Source: a virus
Virus record (IMG/VR): IMGVR_UViG_3300034062_003964
Location: 1-64,000 of that record
Length of the DNA: 64,000 nt
Reading direction: 5' to 3' (one strand)
Both the position numbers and the translations under genes were made by a program. The notes below the pieces were generated by a model that was given only the letters and a program-made list of their open reading frames with translations, was not told the origin of the DNA and searched no databases. Shown one piece after another: positions 19,501-29,800 of this stretch; the first letter of the stretch is position 1, and each line of letters begins with the position of its first letter.

Positions 19501-22500
19501 TTGTTCCATTTTATCCAATAACTTAATATCAAATACATTAAAAATTTCATCTATTTTTGAATAGGTCGCATCATTATTAATTAAATCAAAATCATTTTGT
19601 AATGACTCATTTGTTTTTATCACTTTAAGATATTCTGTCGGTAATGGTTTTTTTATTAAGTTAGTATTGTAATAACCAAAATTCGACATCCCCCATATTG
19701 ACCTAACCGAACCATTGTACATAGATTTGTTATCATAAATGTCTTCGGTGATTTTATTATCCTCATTAAAACATTCAAATATAGATTGGTCAAATGGAAT
19801 ACCCCCTGTTGACGGGTATAGAATAATTTTTTTATCTTGAGCGGCACCTGTTGTATTGGGAACTTCTCTATAGACATATAAATTATTTTTAGATAAAGAC
19901 CTAATAGAGTTATTCGTATCAAACCCTTTTGGGTACGCATTAGATGCTTCTCCATTAATTCCAATACGAAGACCTTTTGTTTCACAAAGACCGGTATAGT
20001 TAGAACCGGTATATCCGGTTATTAAATCTTTTCCATTAACATAATACTCAATTGAGTTAATGACTTCCGGATAAAACCCAACATTAAATAAATCAAGTCT
20101 GTCTGTTGGTACACTTATTAATGGGAACCCAGCTGGAAAACTAAGGTTCACATCTTGTAAACTAAATGTGAATGGTTCTTTATCATAATTTAAAACGGTA
20201 TAGCTTCTATTTGTTGTTCCTGATGTCGGGTCGTATGCATTTTTATAATCAAAGTCTTTCCAAACATCATCTAAAATGTCTATTTTGTTTTCTATATAAT
20301 TTTTATATCTATGCCAAATTGAACCGTATTTTAAAACCCAAGCATAAGGGACTTGGTGTATAGATGAAAACTTATTTAGTGATGATGCCAAATAATCTAA
20401 ATCGGTTAATGTTTGGTCATCTGTAAAATCTTTAATTTTTTCTTTTGTAGTAATAAGTGGTAGTGAATTTAAAAACAAATATCCTAACGACACAAATGGA
20501 TTTTTTTTAAATGCTTTTTGTTTTTTAACTCCATCTATAATTGAGTTAACAAAATATGGGGTATTCAATAATGATGTAGTCTGAATAAATGTTCCTATAT
20601 TTCCACTATAGCTGTTACCATAATTTATGTATGATTCAGTTAAGTATAAATTTTTAGATTTTCTATTTTCAAAATAATTTTTAAGTGATAGCCTTGAATT
20701 GATTGGAGTAGGTCTTTCTGACGTTTCATTAGAAAGATAAGCTTGAGCAGTAGTATTAAAAACTGTGTTTTTCGTAAACAGTTTAATATTACTATAATTT
20801 TCAGAAGTTGTAACCCTACCAATTAATTTTTTATCTTCAATAAAAGAATATGTATTCGTTGTATTATTAAAATCTTCGTAAGTCCCGATAGATTCCCCAT
20901 TAGCCATGTTATTTTTCAACCAAGTTAAATCGGTAAATGGGTATGTATCTAATGTGTTTTTTTCTGAAGTTTGGCTATCTTTTAAAAATTCTTTTACATT
21001 TTTTACTAAAGGTAAATCTGCCGATATTTTCTTAGATTCTGATGATATTGTATCTATAGAATATATTTCATTATCATTTTTTAACTCATTAATCAAATAT
21101 TCAGTATTATAAAAATCTCTTATATACCTTTGCCAACTTTCACCTTGTCCGTCATTTGAAATCTGTTTCATGTATTCAACTAACTTAGTAAATGTGTATT
21201 TGAAATTTTTTAAATTCTGATTTATTGTAATATCTTCAGGAGCAATTAAACTTAAATTTAAACTCTCTATATCTCCAAAAAATTTATCCACTTGATTTTT
21301 GGTTGCCGCGTCTGTTGGTATATTTCCGTAGTGTGAACTTATAAAAGTTCTTTCAAATAATTCATAAAATATTTTAATAGCATTTAAATCTTGGTATGGT
21401 GCCTGTTTGAAGGGAAACTCAACAGTACTTGATGGTACGTATTTTGTAACGTCTGAAGGATTGTCATATGAGTAATTACTTGTTGGTTTTTCTTTTTCCA
21501 AACTAGCTTTAATATACGACTCAACAAAACCAACTTCAGGCCAAATTTTATAATCATACGCATTTGTCTGTTGAATGTATCTAGCGTCTCCAGGGTATTG
21601 TATTACATACAATTCTGAATTATTTTCTTGTTTTTCTAAAGTAAAATATAATGGCCAAGGATAAACAACATTATCACTATTAAGTTCCGTACTAGATTTT
21701 TGTAATGCTTTTTGAGCGTCAACTGAAAAGTTTTTATTTTCAGGAATAACAGCTAACAATCTATTTTTATTAGATTTTACGTTCCAAGCGTCTGTATGTG
21801 TTTCATCCATTAAACGATAGAACGCATCCGCACCGGCTAGTATAATTGCAAAAATATTTCTAATTGTTGGTTTAAACCCTAAACCTCCTGATGCCGGGCT
21901 TTTTAATTGTTGTTGTGCGTAAAATTTAGTTAATTCATCTTCAATGACTTTTTGTTTAGCCTCTAAACTCTTATTCATGGAGTCTAACTTATCTAAGTAA
22001 GAATTTTTTACATAGGTTCCATCACCAATAGTTTTATCACCAAAAACTAAATAATCTGGAGTATCTTCAACCCATTGCCCATTTTCATCTTGGACTTTAG
22101 TTTCAAAAACTGCAGTTAATGTTTCATCACTCAAAAATTTACGATACTCGTCACTATTTGTAGTTGATAGTTGTCTATTATACCTAGCAAAGTATGTGTC
22201 TCTAACATCTGTTTGATTTTTTTGCCAAATATTAAAATCTAATTTTTTAATAACGTCTTTTTGGTTTTTTATTAAAGTATTAATTTGATACTTAGCATTT
22301 GCATTTTCACCAAATGATGCGTTATTTTTTAAATTATTTGTATAATTTTCAATTCTTGCTTTAATCTTAGTTTTAAAATCTTCTCTTGATTGGAATGTAA
22401 CATCTTTTCTAAAAGGGTAGTAGATTTCCCCACCGGCAACGTAGTAACTAGTTCTATCGCACACCGTTGATAACGCATACTCATAAACTTCTTTATTAAG

Positions 22501-23529
22501 TTTACTTAAGTTTTCAGAAAAATCTTGTAAATCATTTAATTTAGTAAAATCTTCTTGTTTAGTTAAATCCGCTTTTAGTGCTGTTTTATAATTTTCAACT
22601 TTTAAAACAAAATCCTCAATTGATAAATGTGGAAAGGTTTCAGGTAATAACCCTTTTCTTTTATATATTTTATAAACCTCATCTAACTTTTGTCTACCTT
22701 TATATGTGTTAAAAAAACTTTTATTACCATTGGGTTCTGTTACCGTTATTTGTGTGTTATACATTTTTGGTGCGTTAACAGCATACGCCAATGGAGTGTC
22801 AAAAAGTAATGCAGTAAATTTACCAATTAACTTTAATGAAATATTATAATTCCCACTATCAGCATCAAATGACGCATTAAAAGACATAAGAGATAATCTA
22901 TATCTAACGGCCTTTCCGTAATAACCTTTAAGTGTTAAATAAAATAATGGGTATGGAAAATTAAAAAATGCAGAATATAAAGAATTTTCACCTTGTTCAA
23001 ATAATGACCTTCCTTGTATGTCTACAAGTTCGATGTTAACTTCAGGGACACCAGTTCCTTTTATATTAACCTTAATTGATTTAATCCCTAATAATTGGGT
23101 GTCTTCGTATTTCCCAACAGAACGTTCAAATGTTTTTCTACCTTCAAAATTTACAACTTTTTCTTTGTTTTGATTAATTGCAACACCTTGTCTTGAACCT
23201 TCACCGGTTAATTGGTTGGACCAACTAGTGTCAAAATCAGACTTCCCTCTTGGTTTTAAAAAATTAATTTTTAAATCTTCTTCACCCCCAAAAATAGTTG
23301 CAATGGTTGTATTAACTACAGGGTCGGTAAAACTTTGACCTATAGCTAATTTTGTTCTAGGTATAATAAAAGTTTCTAAATTGGCGTAATAAACCAAATC
23401 TTCATGGTCAACCAATCGTTCTTCATTCTTTCCTTCTGAATTATAGACTTCATTAGGATTAACAATAACTATATTATCGTATTCGGTTTCAATAAATATT
23501 TTTTTATTTTGTCTTTGTCTAACGGCCAT
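16564..23529 (-). CDS. Giant baseplate hub-like protein (gp27/gpD-like termini with large insertions)
   Basis: 2321 aa; N-term LGIKSIKV...IELVDIQGRSLF...PYPLFYLTLKGYYG and late SMGNAMIQP...GPYWITEVNHNISESGFDTDFKGTR resemble hub-protein ends; follows the gp53/LysM-like gene. Confidence 0.65.
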   Translation of the reverse strand: MAVRQRQNKKIFIETEYDNIVIVNPNEVYNSEGKNEERLVDHEDLVYYANLETFIIPRTKLAIGQSFTDPVVNTTIATIFGGEEDLKINFLKPRGKSDFDTSWSNQLTGEGSRQGVAINQNKEKVVNFEGRKTFERSVGKYEDTQLLGIKSIKVNIKGTGVPEVNIELVDIQGRSLFEQGENSLYSAFFNFPYPLFYLTLKGYYGKAVRYRLSLMSFNASFDADSGNYNISLKLIGKFTALLFDTPLAYAVNAPKMYNTQITVTEPNGNKSFFNTYKGRQKLDEVYKIYKRKGLLPETFPHLSIEDFVLKVENYKTALKADLTKQEDFTKLNDLQDFSENLSKLNKEVYEYALSTVCDRTSYYVAGGEIYYPFRKDVTFQSREDFKTKIKARIENYTNNLKNNASFGENANAKYQINTLIKNQKDVIKKLDFNIWQKNQTDVRDTYFARYNRQLSTTNSDEYRKFLSDETLTAVFETKVQDENGQWVEDTPDYLVFGDKTIGDGTYVKNSYLDKLDSMNKSLEAKQKVIEDELTKFYAQQQLKSPASGGLGFKPTIRNIFAIILAGADAFYRLMDETHTDAWNVKSNKNRLLAVIPENKNFSVDAQKALQKSSTELNSDNVVYPWPLYFTLEKQENNSELYVIQYPGDARYIQQTNAYDYKIWPEVGFVESYIKASLEKEKPTSNYSYDNPSDVTKYVPSSTVEFPFKQAPYQDLNAIKIFYELFERTFISSHYGNIPTDAATKNQVDKFFGDIESLNLSLIAPEDITINQNLKNFKYTFTKLVEYMKQISNDGQGESWQRYIRDFYNTEYLINELKNDNEIYSIDTISSESKKISADLPLVKNVKEFLKDSQTSEKNTLDTYPFTDLTWLKNNMANGESIGTYEDFNNTTNTYSFIEDKKLIGRVTTSENYSNIKLFTKNTVFNTTAQAYLSNETSERPTPINSRLSLKNYFENRKSKNLYLTESYINYGNSYSGNIGTFIQTTSLLNTPYFVNSIIDGVKKQKAFKKNPFVSLGYLFLNSLPLITTKEKIKDFTDDQTLTDLDYLASSLNKFSSIHQVPYAWVLKYGSIWHRYKNYIENKIDILDDVWKDFDYKNAYDPTSGTTNRSYTVLNYDKEPFTFSLQDVNLSFPAGFPLISVPTDRLDLFNVGFYPEVINSIEYYVNGKDLITGYTGSNYTGLCETKGLRIGINGEASNAYPKGFDTNNSIRSLSKNNLYVYREVPNTTGAAQDKKIILYPSTGGIPFDQSIFECFNEDNKITEDIYDNKSMYNGSVRSIWGMSNFGYYNTNLIKKPLPTEYLKVIKTNESLQNDFDLINNDATYSKIDEIFNVFDIKLLDKMEQKFLTFCSLTPNAKDLILNDESITSTYTNPGGLKNSNLKLLKGQISKIFSLQDAFFDQVDENVDGNQLGENQLVSMYSSLKEFLNFDCVLKIGNPTKYERKLFDSFSNLQQFQVTDKYTFNPYRVTNLPGDNSAVTLIESIIKNTEAWKTLRKYLGFSTIENIDYPTQVDPVFPSYSVPTPTANTPSIQIKFIGDSSSLFTTGTTAGEYINVTKTNGQYQVYQIVGDPNVSTSTKVGFIKFYQPNTNIEDSTNEVPSSYENNFTTNFSFVCTVQDIAPSNYTMVVEYYPSGFTNNKIDLVANVSTSPQNTQTTTQPTNFVPIPQALPNTEKSLVADFFIDNNIDFTKTNVELLYPLIRLYVEQKRSDSSFDKNKFTTYINNYLLDRYDLQDKMVNETFSNLNIILKNIEVDDGLPKTAMNGDATKLSLYNTLKTFNDKWIAGSDLKTVTLFEDFLFMDRANSDLGNSYTVDVEKVVKRIGLDTNQNQSLMSLISSILEDNYFIFMAMPSYINFYGIQEALKNGEPLKDSEIGNTLFGTYLEVDYTKSSPKFLCLYIGNPSEYPKPKENTFNRFGDDSFDLRVPDNPLRVSDPKGNYSLNNKVVGFAVDFGIRNQNIFKSLSLDMSEMKNTSESFQVFADMGSSVAGDKVGQQSQSLYSIYKSRSYSCGVTSMGNAMIQPTMYFILRHVPMFYGPYWITEVNHNISESGFDTDFKGTRIPKYALPKVDNLLASVNKDVLSEIKAIAAKDKKPKQPEVLESEKLLSQNPTITTLVSPQNQCSPEDMFKTIPFVDLVQTTFTKDEVVPLIKAVTNDVRMRSLLYGLLQVMPSTTLNDGVFNCINNNPYEINTGNVFKGNLPSLITAQSCVLINNKSKSLVKFNTLQKSIEFVNSFMLSLINMIPELVTINVDTDLNRSYGKALFQLAFTTWLTPIAFGPPELTATEIMDKTKLAFTDKDGNILPSYNQTVEIFTQAYELFNN

Positions 23530-23836
23530 AATAGAAAATGTGTGTATCTAAAGCCGCTTTATAATCTTGTAGTGATGCGGTTAATGGGAAAGGTATAATT
23601 AAAATTGTTCCATCAGGAATATTTTGTTCCAATCCACCATACATCGGGTTTGCGGCTAAAATCAACCAACCAAAATATGGTGTTCCATATTTTTCAAAAC
23701 TTATTTTATCTAATCTACTTTTACCTGTTCTATAAAGATATTGTTGGTCCGATACTCTTGGTGGAATAGATAAAAATGGGACTACAGTTTGTTGCCCATT
23801 AATTAAAAAATCTTTATATCTGTTATAGTAATCCAT
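23519..23836 (-). CDS. Baseplate wedge gp53 / LysM-like (tail X-like) protein
   Basis: RLDKISFEKYGTPYFGWLILAANP...IPDGTILIIP fits the gp53/gpX LysM-like pattern. Confidence 0.8.
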   Translation of the reverse strand: MDYYNRYKDFLINGQQTVVPFLSIPPRVSDQQYLYRTGKSRLDKISFEKYGTPYFGWLILAANPMYGGLEQNIPDGTILIIPFPLTASLQDYKAALDTHIFYYGR

Positions 23837-26800
23837 TAATTAAATTTTTTTTTCAAGTTAAATTTATCACCTGATGAGTTTCTACTAGAGTAAATGTTTG
23901 TTAAATCCCTGTCATATGGAGACGTTGCCGGTACTTGAGATTCATACCACATTAATCTTTGCTTATCTATATTATAAGGCTTATAATTAGTAAATGTAGA
24001 ATTAAAGTATTGAGTTTTAAAATCCTCTACATTTTTATCAACTATTGTTTTAGATGTTAAGTAAATAGATTGTAATCCCGTTTCGGGAGATTTTAATTTA
24101 TTATCAAAGAATGTTTTCCATTTACCCTTATCTTCAGAGTTCGCGTTTGGTAACGCTTCATTTATAATAATATCGGCAAAACTATCGGGGTCATCACATA
24201 TTGGTTTACCGAACATCATAAAGAATCTTGTTTCATTCTGTGTTGTGTTGTTATTTGGTAAGTACATGTCTTGTGTAAAGTTATCGCTATAATCATATAC
24301 CCCCGTCGGTATTAACCCAAAGTCTATTAATTTTTGGTAATAAGTATTTAAATCATCTTTGATGAGGTAAGAATCTTGAATTAATTCTTGTAGTGTATCG
24401 ACCGCAGTTGTTGGTTGGGTCACTTCAGTTGTTCCTGATACATTATATACAATTACAGAATTATTCTTTTTAATAAACCCGTCATGTGAATTGGAAACAT
24501 AATTAATTTTATCTATTAAACTTACAAGAGTTAATTCGTTAGTGGATATTTGGTCTGAATATCCTTGTAACTCATACGCAATAACTTGAGCTCTATTATC
24601 GATTTCAATTTTAATTTGTCTTTTAATCTTTCTTATTTGTACGTCAATAAATGGTTCATTATTTAAACCTGCTAATAATGGACATAAGCCATTATCAACA
24701 TCATTTTTAGTTTGGGTTGTTAAATTTTCAATTTTTGTTTGAAATGAATCTGAGTAACCAAAAATATTTGCAGTATTCGATAGATTACCGCCTAAACTAT
24801 TAAAATAACCTTCAGTAAATTTTCTATCTTTTGTAAGAATTTGAAGACCTCCAAGTAAAAAGTCATCATTAACTTTAGATAACGTAGCGGTTGTAGTTTC
24901 AAAATACGATTTAGATATGTTTGCAAATTCTGTCATCACATCTTTATATTCAATCGTACCCGTAGTTTGTGTTGTATCTATATTTAAAACATTCGTTAAC
25001 GTTTTACCAATAGTAACACCACCATTATTAATTTCGGGTCTTGGGGCCTTTGTATCAATAACATTTAATTCATCTCTTACTTGACTTAAAACTTGAGCAT
25101 CGTAAACACTTAAATCTAAATTATCAGTAGCTTCAGCCCTTTCATCATACATTTCTGTATTCGCATAATAATTAAACGATAATGCGTTTTGTAATTTTGC
25201 AACAGGTCCCGCTAAGCCATGAGCACCAATAAATGAGAAACTAATGTCCACAGATGCAATCATTGGTTGTATACCTATACCTTCAGGGTTCAAGTCAAAC
25301 TTACCATCGTCATATTTTAAACTTATCGAATCAATAGCCACTTTTGTATGGAAAAAGTCACCAACTCTTAAAATACAAATAGGTGGAGCCCCAAATGCAC
25401 TATTCGATACATCATTATATAATAAACTTTGTTGTCCACTATCCGATTGAGAAACTGTAGGTATTGTATCACCAGGTCTCATACATTGTTGTAAGAATAC
25501 TAATCTAGCATTTAACCCTTCAGGTGTTATTGAATGGAAAGCCGGATGAAACCCTTTAATTTTAGATTTAATACCATCATAAACCATTGGGTCCGTTTGT
25601 TTTATATATTCAAAATAGTTGCACTCTGTAAGTAATTTTCTTGCTAATCGTTTTGTAATATCTTTTCTTTGTTGTAATTGTTGTGTTTGTACTTCTTGTT
25701 CCCTTGTATTAGGTGGGGTATTAGAAGATGGTGTTGAATTCTCCGGTTGATTAACTCTAGGGTCTGTAGAAACATTTGGTTGTTGTGGTGTTGTAGTCGT
25801 AGTTGTTGTTTCAGTTACTTGACCCGTTACTTGATAATCTTGGCCAGATAATTCTTGGTTGGTTTGCGTATTAGGGGTTTCTTCAGGTGGATTTTGTGTT
25901 TGTGATATATTTTCACTTGGTAATATATTTGAAATCTTTGTTCTACGGCAAGCCATAGCGTTTACAGAAACGGTCCCTTCCTCTTTTGTAGTCTCAAATG
26001 GCTTATTACAATCAACAAATTTATATTTTGTATCTTGGATTTCTACATTGTTCCCTGTATATTTTTCTGTAATTTTTAATTTAGTCCCTTTAAAGTCGTT
26101 AAATGATTTTCCTTGTGGCGTTTTTTGTTTATATAACCATTGTAAAACACTATCACCTCTTCTTTTTGATAAATTCAAGTTATAATTATTTGCACTACTA
26201 TTAACCGAAGACGCACTCGCTTCTAAATCAAACGAAACATCTCTACCTTCATCTAAAAGTTTACCAATATCTTGTACAAAATTTGTTAATAGTGTGTAAT
26301 TTTCTTCAATGTAATTAAAGAATTTTTCTACATTTTCTTTTGTAGTATCAATAAAATCTGACAAATATTTTATTTTAGCGTTTTCAGTTAAACCACTACC
26401 TAATACATATGATGTTCTATCAACCTTAGCAGAATCATTATATGCAAATATTTTATTTAACGCCTTTGCGTATTTTGAACCATTACCATCATTTAGGTAT
26501 TTGTTTTTAGAACCAATGTAAAGGTCATACCAATATTTATAATCGTTACTTACTGTTGTATCGTAAGTACTTGTACCATCTGGAAAATTATTATCAAAAT
26601 AAAATGCTAAATCTTTATATTTTTCTTTTATAGTTGTTGGTGTTTCATTATCATCTGTGGTACTTGATGATGTTGTAGTCTTTTTACATGCCTTACCTGT
26701 TGGTATTAAGGTATTTGATGTGTCACTTATCTGAAAGAATGGTTTTGATTTTGTAACCGAACAAAAACTTCCCGTTTTACCTGAAGTTAAAAGTGTAATG

Positions 26801-29800
26801 GTAACATTTGTTTCACCACAACCCGTGTAATTTAAAGTAGCCCCTGTTGATGCACCGATATTATAATTATATTCTATACAATCGTCAACAACTGTAGTTG
26901 TTGTAGTTGTGGTGTTAATATCAACTTCTTGTTCGATTATTGAAAAATTATTTTCCTCAACCACAGTAACAATGTCTTCAGTGGTTAGTATTTGCGCTTC
27001 AAAAATATCGTTTGGTGTAAACATAGGGAATTTAGTAACTAAATCCCATAAATCGTATTTTGTACATCCAGCATAGAAAGAATCAATAATTTGAGTTATT
27101 TCTCCGTTATTTGAAACATTTGCTAATTCTTTTTCAACCAATAAATTCATTATTGATGGGTGGTCAACAATTATTTTAAAACTTACATTACCCTTTCTTG
27201 TTGAATTAGTATACGTGTATATTGGTTCAGTTCTACCTAAAAAAGTATTGTCCTTCCACCCTGTTGAAATATTCTCATTAAATGATAAGTCATAAGGCGG
27301 GAACCACATAATCCTACCACCATTAGGACCTTTTTCACAAGCCGGTAAATCATCATAAGTGTAACCTTTTTTATTTGATGTTCTCCATGCTAAGTTTTCT
27401 AATGATAACATGTATTTTTTTACACGACCATCTTTAATACTATACCCATCAACAGGCGCAATATTTAAATTCCAAGTATTATCTAAAACTGAATTTCCAT
27501 AACCTCTAATGTTTCCATCACGTTTTTGAAGTTCGTCGTAAGTGTAGTATGGTCTATCTTTTGTAAAGACTCTACAATATTCATAACCTTGTGGTGTGTT
27601 AGTTCCTTGTGGTTTAGAATTTGGTGTGGTATATCTCACAACTCTTGAACCTTTTGTTAATTCTTGATACCCGTCATTAAATACTTTAGATACCTGATTG
27701 ATTGCCGTACCAACGTGTTCTTGGGGTTTTGTACTTCTTTGTCCCGCATCTACTAATTTTTGAGTAACATCTAAAATAGACCCCGGAGTAAAACTCTTAC
27801 TAGTTGATTTACTACTATCAAATCCAACTAAACTACCAAAATTAAATTCACTATTATCTTCAAATTGTTCACCTCCTCGACCTACTAATTTACCAATACC
27901 AGGATTATTATCTTTTTCAGGACTTTTACTACCCGTCCAAGTTAAACCTCCAAAAATGCTAGCACCAATCCATTTTACACCATCTTTATTAGCACCAGCA
28001 CCATAAAAGTTTCTAGTATTTATACCAAACTGTGTTTCATCTAACTGGTCACCTTCATATAGTTTACCCATACTTGAGTAAGATAGAACAGGTCCCATTG
28101 CTGAGGTTTTTCCGTCTTTCGCATATGGTAATTCTGAAGCCGGAGAAACTAACTCTATAATGTGATTTTTTCTATCTCCAATATAAAATACACCAGCAGG
28201 TGCTAGTAGGTTGTTACCAATTTTATAATTTGGCCTATATGGGTTATATTTTAATTGGTCATAAAGAAGTTTTCTTGTAGCTATTGATGTATATTCAACA
28301 AGTAATTCTGAAGATGATTGATTTGCAGGTTGTAATGCACTAAACAAAGAACCTAAAGCCCCACCAATTAAAGATAATGGATTTTCATATGGTCCATTAC
28401 CTATCGGGTCAGGGTAGTCAAAAATTTCACCAGGTATATATGAATACGGTGAATATAGGCCTGCAAGTTTCGCTGCAAAATTAATACCTTGACCAAATAA
28501 AAAGTCGGGTGTTGTGATATTATATTTTCTAGCAATTATTGGCACATTACCCGTAAGCAATCCAATAGCGTTAAACGGGTCTGTGTTTGGTTTTGCCGAT
28601 ATTTCACCCGTTTCAGGATTAACGTTACCACTAAATAAATTTATTTGACCTAACGTCTGTTGGTACAGTTCTAATGCGACTCTATGTTTGAACTCTTTAT
28701 TTAAACTTTTTGCGCCAATATTAGCCAAATCAGAATCTTGTGTTAATGAACCATCAGACCCTGAAGGGTTATCACTTAATAAAATACTATATGGAGTATA
28801 TGTTGAAGGTAAGAATATAAATGTATTATCTGAATTAGCATAAGGTAATTGTAAAGCTACCGTTTGGAGTGTTTTAAACTCAGTAGGGTCATATTCACCG
28901 TCCCCTGTTGCGTATTTGTTAGATAGGTATGCTTGTGTTTCTTTTACTCCACTTACAAACTCTAATTCATTACCATACGTATCGGTTTCATCTAAATAAT
29001 TTCCTTGTGGTATTATTAAATTTTTTTGTTTTCTATAAGGGTCTACCTCTTCGGTACTTTGACTTCCTTCGGGACCCCATGGATTTTGTAAAAAGTTTGG
29101 TTTTCTTTCATCAACACCAACCATTTCCAACTGACTATCTACAGTATCAGGATAACCATACTCACCTTCATTTGAATTTGTTTGTAAATTTTGGTTAATT
29201 ACTACCGACGTGTTTGGTAGATTATCGGGTCCGTATTGATTTATAGCAAATAATACCGGTCTATCAGTTTCACCTTTATTTTCTAATTCACTATTTACCG
29301 TATCAGGATAACCATACTCACCTTCATTTGGATTTGTTTGAAGATTATTGTTGATTGGTACTTGAGTGTTTGTTTGTATCTCAGGACCATATTGGTTATT
29401 AGATATCAATGAAGGTCTATCTAAATTAGCGGTAGTTTCTAAACCACCTCCAACCGTATCTTGAACTGTATACTCACCCTCACCAATAGTACTAATTACT
29501 TTATCGTTATTTATATACCATGCGGTTGAGCCAAAATCGGATAATCCGTTTTCAGGTCTATAAACATTTTTAATAATAATTTGTTTTTCGGTGTTGTTTC
29601 CAATAACTTCTAAATCACTTCCGATTGAATCAGGATAACCATACTCACCTTCATTTGATTTATAATTTTTATTATTATTGATTGGGACTATATCGCCATA
29701 ATCTTTTGCATTGGTTTGTGGACCATATTGATTAATTGGTAATAAAACTTTTTCTTGTTGATTTCCTATTTGTTCAACACTTGGGGAATCTATCGGTACT

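Noticed and set aside
29147-29657. Three exact 28-bp repeats as a possible CRISPR array
   Set aside because: Spacing is 156 and 327 nt (multiples of 3), and the repeats are in frame inside a 2034-aa ORF; this is a protein repeat, and no cas genes are present.
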